Source: Cyanobacteriota bacterium
Lineage (GTDB): Bacteria > Cyanobacteriota > Cyanobacteriia > PCC-6307 > Cyanobiaceae
NCBI GenBank assembly: GCA_046052125.1
Contig: JBJOMY010000001.1
Coordinates: 416,001 to 480,000, forward strand
DNA length: 64,000 bases
Reading direction: 5' to 3'
Shown piece by piece: positions 60,164-64,000 of this stretch. Each line of letters begins with the position of its first letter. Positions within the stretch are counted from its first letter, which is position 1. The notes under the pieces are model-generated. The model had not been told where the DNA came from and did not search any database. It saw only the letters and a program-made list of their open reading frames with translations. The translations under genes were made by a program, and so were the position numbers.

Positions 60164-62332
60164 TCAACGCACGAAGAGCATCTCCTGGTAAGTGGGCAGC
60201 GGCCAGGCGGCGTCATCCACCAGGGTCTCGAGGCCATCGGCGGCAGCGCGCAGCTCGCCCATCAGCGGCATCAGCTTGTCGGCGCAGTGGCGCATGTGGG
60301 CTTCGGCGCCATGGGGGGCTGCAGCCAGGGCCGCCTCCAGAGCGGTGGCGCGATCGAGCAGCTGCTGGTTGAGGCCGGCAATCTGCTGGGCGATCGCCTT
60401 GGAGGGCTGCAAGCCAATCGCTTCCTGCTCCTGGATCGCACCGGCCAGTTCGCCGAGATAGGCGCTCACGGCGGGATAGATCAGGGTGCGGGCCAGGCGC
60501 AGGGCCAGGCGCACCTCCACCTCGATCGCCAGGCAGTACTGCTCGGCGTACACCTCGAAGCGGCTCTCCAGCTCCACGGGGCTGAGGACGTTCTGGCGGC
60601 TGAACAGCTCGCGGATGGCGTCGCGCTTGAGCACCGGCAGGGCATCGGCGCTGGTGCGCAGATTCTCCAGACCGCGCTCCTTCACGGCCATCTCATGCCA
60701 CTGGCTGGAGTAGCCGTCGCCACCGAAGATCACGGCGCCGTTCTCCTGGGTGATCTGCTGCAGCACGGCGAAGCAGGCCTGCTCGATGCTGTCGCCCTTG
60801 CCGAGCTTGGCCTCGAGCTGATCAGCCACCCAGCTGAGCGAATCTGCCAACACGGTGTTGAGCACCACTAGCGGGCCCGCCACCGACTGGCCGGAGCCCA
60901 CGGCGCGGAACTCGAAGCGGTTGCCGGTGAAGGCGAAGGGGGAGGTGCGGTTGCGATCGCCCGCGTCCTTGGGGAACTCGGGCAGGCTGTCGACACCGAG
61001 CTGCATCACGCCGCCGCTGGCGGAGCTCTTCAGCTGGCCGGCCTTGATCTGGTTGAACACGTCCTCAAGCTGGCTGCCGAGGTACACCGAGATGATCGCC
61101 GGCGGGGCCTCGTTGGCGCCGAGACGGTGGTCGTTGCTGGCGGTGGCAATGGCGGCGCGCATCAGCGGGCCGTACTGGTGCACACCGCGGATCACGGCCC
61201 CGCAGAACAGCAGGAACTGCATGTTCTCGTGGGGCGTCTTACCGGGATCGAGCAGGTTGCCCTGGGTGCTGTTCCCGATCGACCAGTTCACGTGCTTGCC
61301 GCTGCCGTTCACGCCGGCGAAGGGCTTCTCGTGCAGCAGGCAGGTGAAGCCGTGCTTCTTGGCCGTGGCCTTGAGCACGGTCATGATCAGCTGCTGGTGA
61401 TCGGTGGCCACGTTGGCGGCCTCGTGCACCGGAGCGATCTCGAACTGGCCGGGCGCCACTTCGTTGTGGCGGGTCTTGGCGGGCACACCCAGGCGGTAGA
61501 GCTGATCCTCCACGTCCTGCATGAACACCTGCACCCGCTCGGGGATGGCGCCGAAGTAGTGGTCGTCGAACTGCTGACCCTTGGCCGGCGGTGCTCCGAA
61601 CAGGCTGCGGCCGGAGAGCTGAATGTCGGGGCGCAGCGCCATGAAGGCGTTGTCCACCAGGAAGTACTCCTGCTCAGCGCCGCAGCTGGAGTTGATCGGA
61701 GCGATTTCCTTTTCGCCGAGCAGCTTCAGCACCCGCTGGGCCTGGGCGTTCACGGCGGCGTTGGAGCGCAGCAGCGGGGTTTTCTTATCGAGGGCCTCGC
61801 CGGTCCACGACACGAACACCGTGGGGATGCACAGGGTGACCCCATTGGGGGTGCGCATCAGCCAGGCGGGGCTGGTGACGTCCCAGGCGGTGTAGCCGCG
61901 TGCCTCGAAGGTGGAGCGCAGGCCGCCATTGGGGAAGGAGGAGCCATCGGGTTCGCCCTGCACCAGCAGCTTGCCGGTGAATTCCGTAATGGCGCGGCCG
62001 TCACTCTTGGGAGTGATGAAGCCGTCGTGCTTTTCAGCGGTGAGGTTGGTGAGCGGATAGAAAACGTGGGCGTAATACAGGGCGCCACGGCTGGTGGCCC
62101 AGTCCTTCATGGCATTGGCCACTGCATCGGCCACGGAAGGATCGAGGCGGCCGCCGGAGCGGATCGTGGCCTGAATCGATTTGAACACCGGGCGCGGTAG
62201 CGCCTCTTTCATCCGATCCAGGGTGAAGACGTCGCTGGCCCAGATGTCCTGCAGGGCTGACGGTGCCTGCACCGCCGCCGGCTTGCGCCGCTGGATGGTC
62301 TGCAGGGCGGCGAAGCGCTCAGCACTGGGCAT
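60164..62332 (-). CDS. glnN: Glutamine synthetase type III
   Basis: 722 aa; [54 protein letters not shown]. Confidence 0.97.
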   Translation of the reverse strand: MPSAERFAALQTIQRRKPAAVQAPSALQDIWASDVFTLDRMKEALPRPVFKSIQATIRSGGRLDPSVADAVANAMKDWATSRGALYYAHVFYPLTNLTAEKHDGFITPKSDGRAITEFTGKLLVQGEPDGSSFPNGGLRSTFEARGYTAWDVTSPAWLMRTPNGVTLCIPTVFVSWTGEALDKKTPLLRSNAAVNAQAQRVLKLLGEKEIAPINSSCGAEQEYFLVDNAFMALRPDIQLSGRSLFGAPPAKGQQFDDHYFGAIPERVQVFMQDVEDQLYRLGVPAKTRHNEVAPGQFEIAPVHEAANVATDHQQLIMTVLKATAKKHGFTCLLHEKPFAGVNGSGKHVNWSIGNSTQGNLLDPGKTPHENMQFLLFCGAVIRGVHQYGPLMRAAIATASNDHRLGANEAPPAIISVYLGSQLEDVFNQIKAGQLKSSASGGVMQLGVDSLPEFPKDAGDRNRTSPFAFTGNRFEFRAVGSGQSVAGPLVVLNTVLADSLSWVADQLEAKLGKGDSIEQACFAVLQQITQENGAVIFGGDGYSSQWHEMAVKERGLENLRTSADALPVLKRDAIRELFSRQNVLSPVELESRFEVYAEQYCLAIEVEVRLALRLARTLIYPAVSAYLGELAGAIQEQEAIGLQPSKAIAQQIAGLNQQLLDRATALEAALAAAPHGAEAHMRHCADKLMPLMGELRAAADGLETLVDDAAWPLPTYQEMLFVR

Positions 62333-62384
62333 GGCCGATTGGTATCACTACAAACCACTCAAAACGCGCACGCGACCTCTTTTG

Positions 62385-62398
62385 GTATCAACGAATAC
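62385..62398. promoter_or_regulatory. NtcA binding site upstream of glnN
   Basis: GTA-TCAACGAA-TAC matches GTA-N8-TAC, about 52 nt upstream of the glnN ATG. Confidence 0.75.
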
Positions 62399-62418
62399 CG
62401 AATTAAACACTGAACGCT

Positions 62419-62817
62419 TCAGGCGTCTCCACGCCGCCACCAGGGACGCGGCAGGCACCAATAGATCAGCGCCAGCAGTTCCGCCACCACCAACACCCCC
62501 AGAACCACCGCCACCACAGGCCGATCCACCGACACCAGGGCCAGCCACACCACCCCGTAGCTGAGGCTCACTGCCAGGGAGAGCGCCAAGGCCACGATCG
62601 CCACCACCCGGCCCCAACGGCGCCGCTTCACCAGGGCCGCCGAGGCCACCACCCCCAACACCAGGGCGGGGAGAATGGCACTGGCGCCCACCGCCCAATT
62701 GGCAGCGGCCATCGAGCCACCGCTGCTGAGCAGCTTCGCCAGAGCGGGCAGGCCCGCAGCATTCAGCAGCAGTCCGATCCAGGCCAGGCGCCGATCGAGG
62801 GTCTCACTGGGTTGCAT
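62419..62817 (-). CDS. Hypothetical membrane protein
   Basis: About four TM helices. Confidence 0.7.
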   Translation of the reverse strand: MQPSETLDRRLAWIGLLLNAAGLPALAKLLSSGGSMAAANWAVGASAILPALVLGVVASAALVKRRRWGRVVAIVALALSLAVSLSYGVVWLALVSVDRPVVAVVLGVLVVAELLALIYWCLPRPWWRRGDA

Positions 62818-63122
62818 CAACAGCCACCGGAACGCCATCCGATGAAACCGGCATGGCGCAGGGTGCGCCAGCAGCCGCTGGGGGTGCTCATCTCCACGCC
62901 CACCTGCAGGGCCAGTTGGCGCTCGCGTTCGCGCTGATCAGCGCGCGGCTCCACCAACCCCTGCTGCTCCAGCCACTCTGTGGCAGCTTCCACCGCCTGC
63001 TCCAGGCTCTCGAAGCATTCATCCAGCACCGGATGGGGATCGCCGTGGCGATCCGTGAGCCGGTAGAGCCGAGAGCCTCGAACCGAAGGCACGGTGGGGA
63101 GCGACAGGCTGGGGGGCTGCAC
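62817..63122 (-). CDS. Small hypothetical protein
   Basis: YRLTDRHGDPHPVLD..GVEMSTPSGCWRTL; stop/start overlap with the next gene. Confidence 0.65.
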   Translation of the reverse strand: MQPPSLSLPTVPSVRGSRLYRLTDRHGDPHPVLDECFESLEQAVEAATEWLEQQGLVEPRADQRERERQLALQVGVEMSTPSGCWRTLRHAGFIGWRSGGC

Positions 63123-63215
63123 GGAAGGCTCCGCAGGAGCAAGGCCTCAAGCCTGAAGGGACCCGCCGAACTGTTCGGTGCGCTCCATTACACGCAGAGG
63201 TGCCCGCGCGCGAAC

Positions 63216-63977
63216 TCAGTGCAGCGCGAAGAGAAGCAGATCGGCGCCAGCGGCGGTGGCCGTGAGGGCGGGAGCAGCCGCTTTGGGCTGATGCTGCCAA
63301 CCCAGCCCATCCCCGCGCAGGAGCTGCCAGGGCTGCTCGAGCGCTCCATCGATCAGCTGCAGCCACAACGCTCCGCTGAGGGGCGGCAGCGCCAGGGATT
63401 CAGCGGGCTGCAGGCGCGCACGCCACAGCTGCACAGGGCGATGAATCGCCATGGCTCCATCGGTGCGATCGGGATCCAACAGCGGGGTCCAACCGCCCGG
63501 CAGGGGGAAGGGCTTCTGCTCGTAGGCCGGCGGAATCCCCGTGGAGCTGGGCTCGATCCAGATCTGCAGCAAGCGGCAGGGCGCTTGGCCGAGGTTCATC
63601 TCGCTGTGCACCACACCGGTGCCGGCGCTCATCCGCTGCACCTCGCCGGCGCGCAGCACCTCGGCATGGCCGAGGGAATCGCGGTGATGCAGCTCCCCCT
63701 CCACCATCACCGTGATGATCTCCATATCGCGGTGGGGGTGCATGCCGAAGCCCATGCCCGCCGCGATCGTGTCGTCGTTGATCACCCGCAACGGCCCAAA
63801 GCCCATCCAGGCCGGGTCGTAGTGACTCGAGAAGGAAAAGCTGTGCCAGCTGTCGAGCCAATCGAGCTGGCTATGGAAGCGCTCGCCGGCTGGCCGCAGC
63901 ACCAAGCCCTCTACAGCCAAGGCCTGGGCAAGCTCCACGTGAGCGGATGGCACTGGCATCACCTCGATCGCTTCCAA
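63216..63977 (-). CDS. Pirin family protein
   Basis: SWHSFSF, GFGMHPHRDMEI, MSAGTGVVHSE, LQIW. Confidence 0.93.
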   Translation of the reverse strand: MEAIEVMPVPSAHVELAQALAVEGLVLRPAGERFHSQLDWLDSWHSFSFSSHYDPAWMGFGPLRVINDDTIAAGMGFGMHPHRDMEIITVMVEGELHHRDSLGHAEVLRAGEVQRMSAGTGVVHSEMNLGQAPCRLLQIWIEPSSTGIPPAYEQKPFPLPGGWTPLLDPDRTDGAMAIHRPVQLWRARLQPAESLALPPLSGALWLQLIDGALEQPWQLLRGDGLGWQHQPKAAAPALTATAAGADLLLFALH

Positions 63978-64000
63978 TCAGTGCTTCACCCCGGGGATGA

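Noticed and set aside
63135..63166. glnA-type glutamine riboswitch resemblance (GGAGCAAGGC..GCCTGAAGGGAC)
   Set aside because: It lies on the + strand, opposite the local genes, and lacks the 5' CGUU P1 strand.
1..64000. CRISPR array, IS element, prophage or integrase
   Set aside because: No spaced direct repeats and no transposase, integrase or phage-like ORFs were recognised.

Overview
High-GC picocyanobacterial chromosomal segment (Synechococcus/Cyanobium-like; inferred from acsF, chlH, an hli gene, class II nrdJ, glnN and gene order). Most of the window is core genes: acsF, tldD/pmbA, fmt, mfd, a C-terminal protease, ispG, udg, aspC, phnD/C/E-like transporter, rsmE, hslO, prfC, nrdJ, tRNA-Ser, ppk2, apt, dapB, chlH, folP, tpiA, cysK and glnN. 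The most notable feature is a ~5.6 kb, visibly lower-GC block between chlH and folP. It encodes a Nif11-like small protein, a HlyD-type adaptor, a cellulose-synthase-like GT2 with intact PilZ motifs and a CHASE-PAS-GGDEF diguanylate cyclase, so it looks like a self-contained c-di-GMP-controlled glucan module without bcsB/C/Z. Other points of interest: a DEAD-box helicase whose Q-motif Phe lies upstream of any canonical in-frame start, a hypothetical protein resembling CTP-dependent riboflavin kinases, a candidate sRNA before aspC, several unlisted micro-ORFs, and NtcA- and HLR1-like sites. No CRISPR array, integrase or transposase was seen. All calls come from motif recognition by eye; no database search was run.
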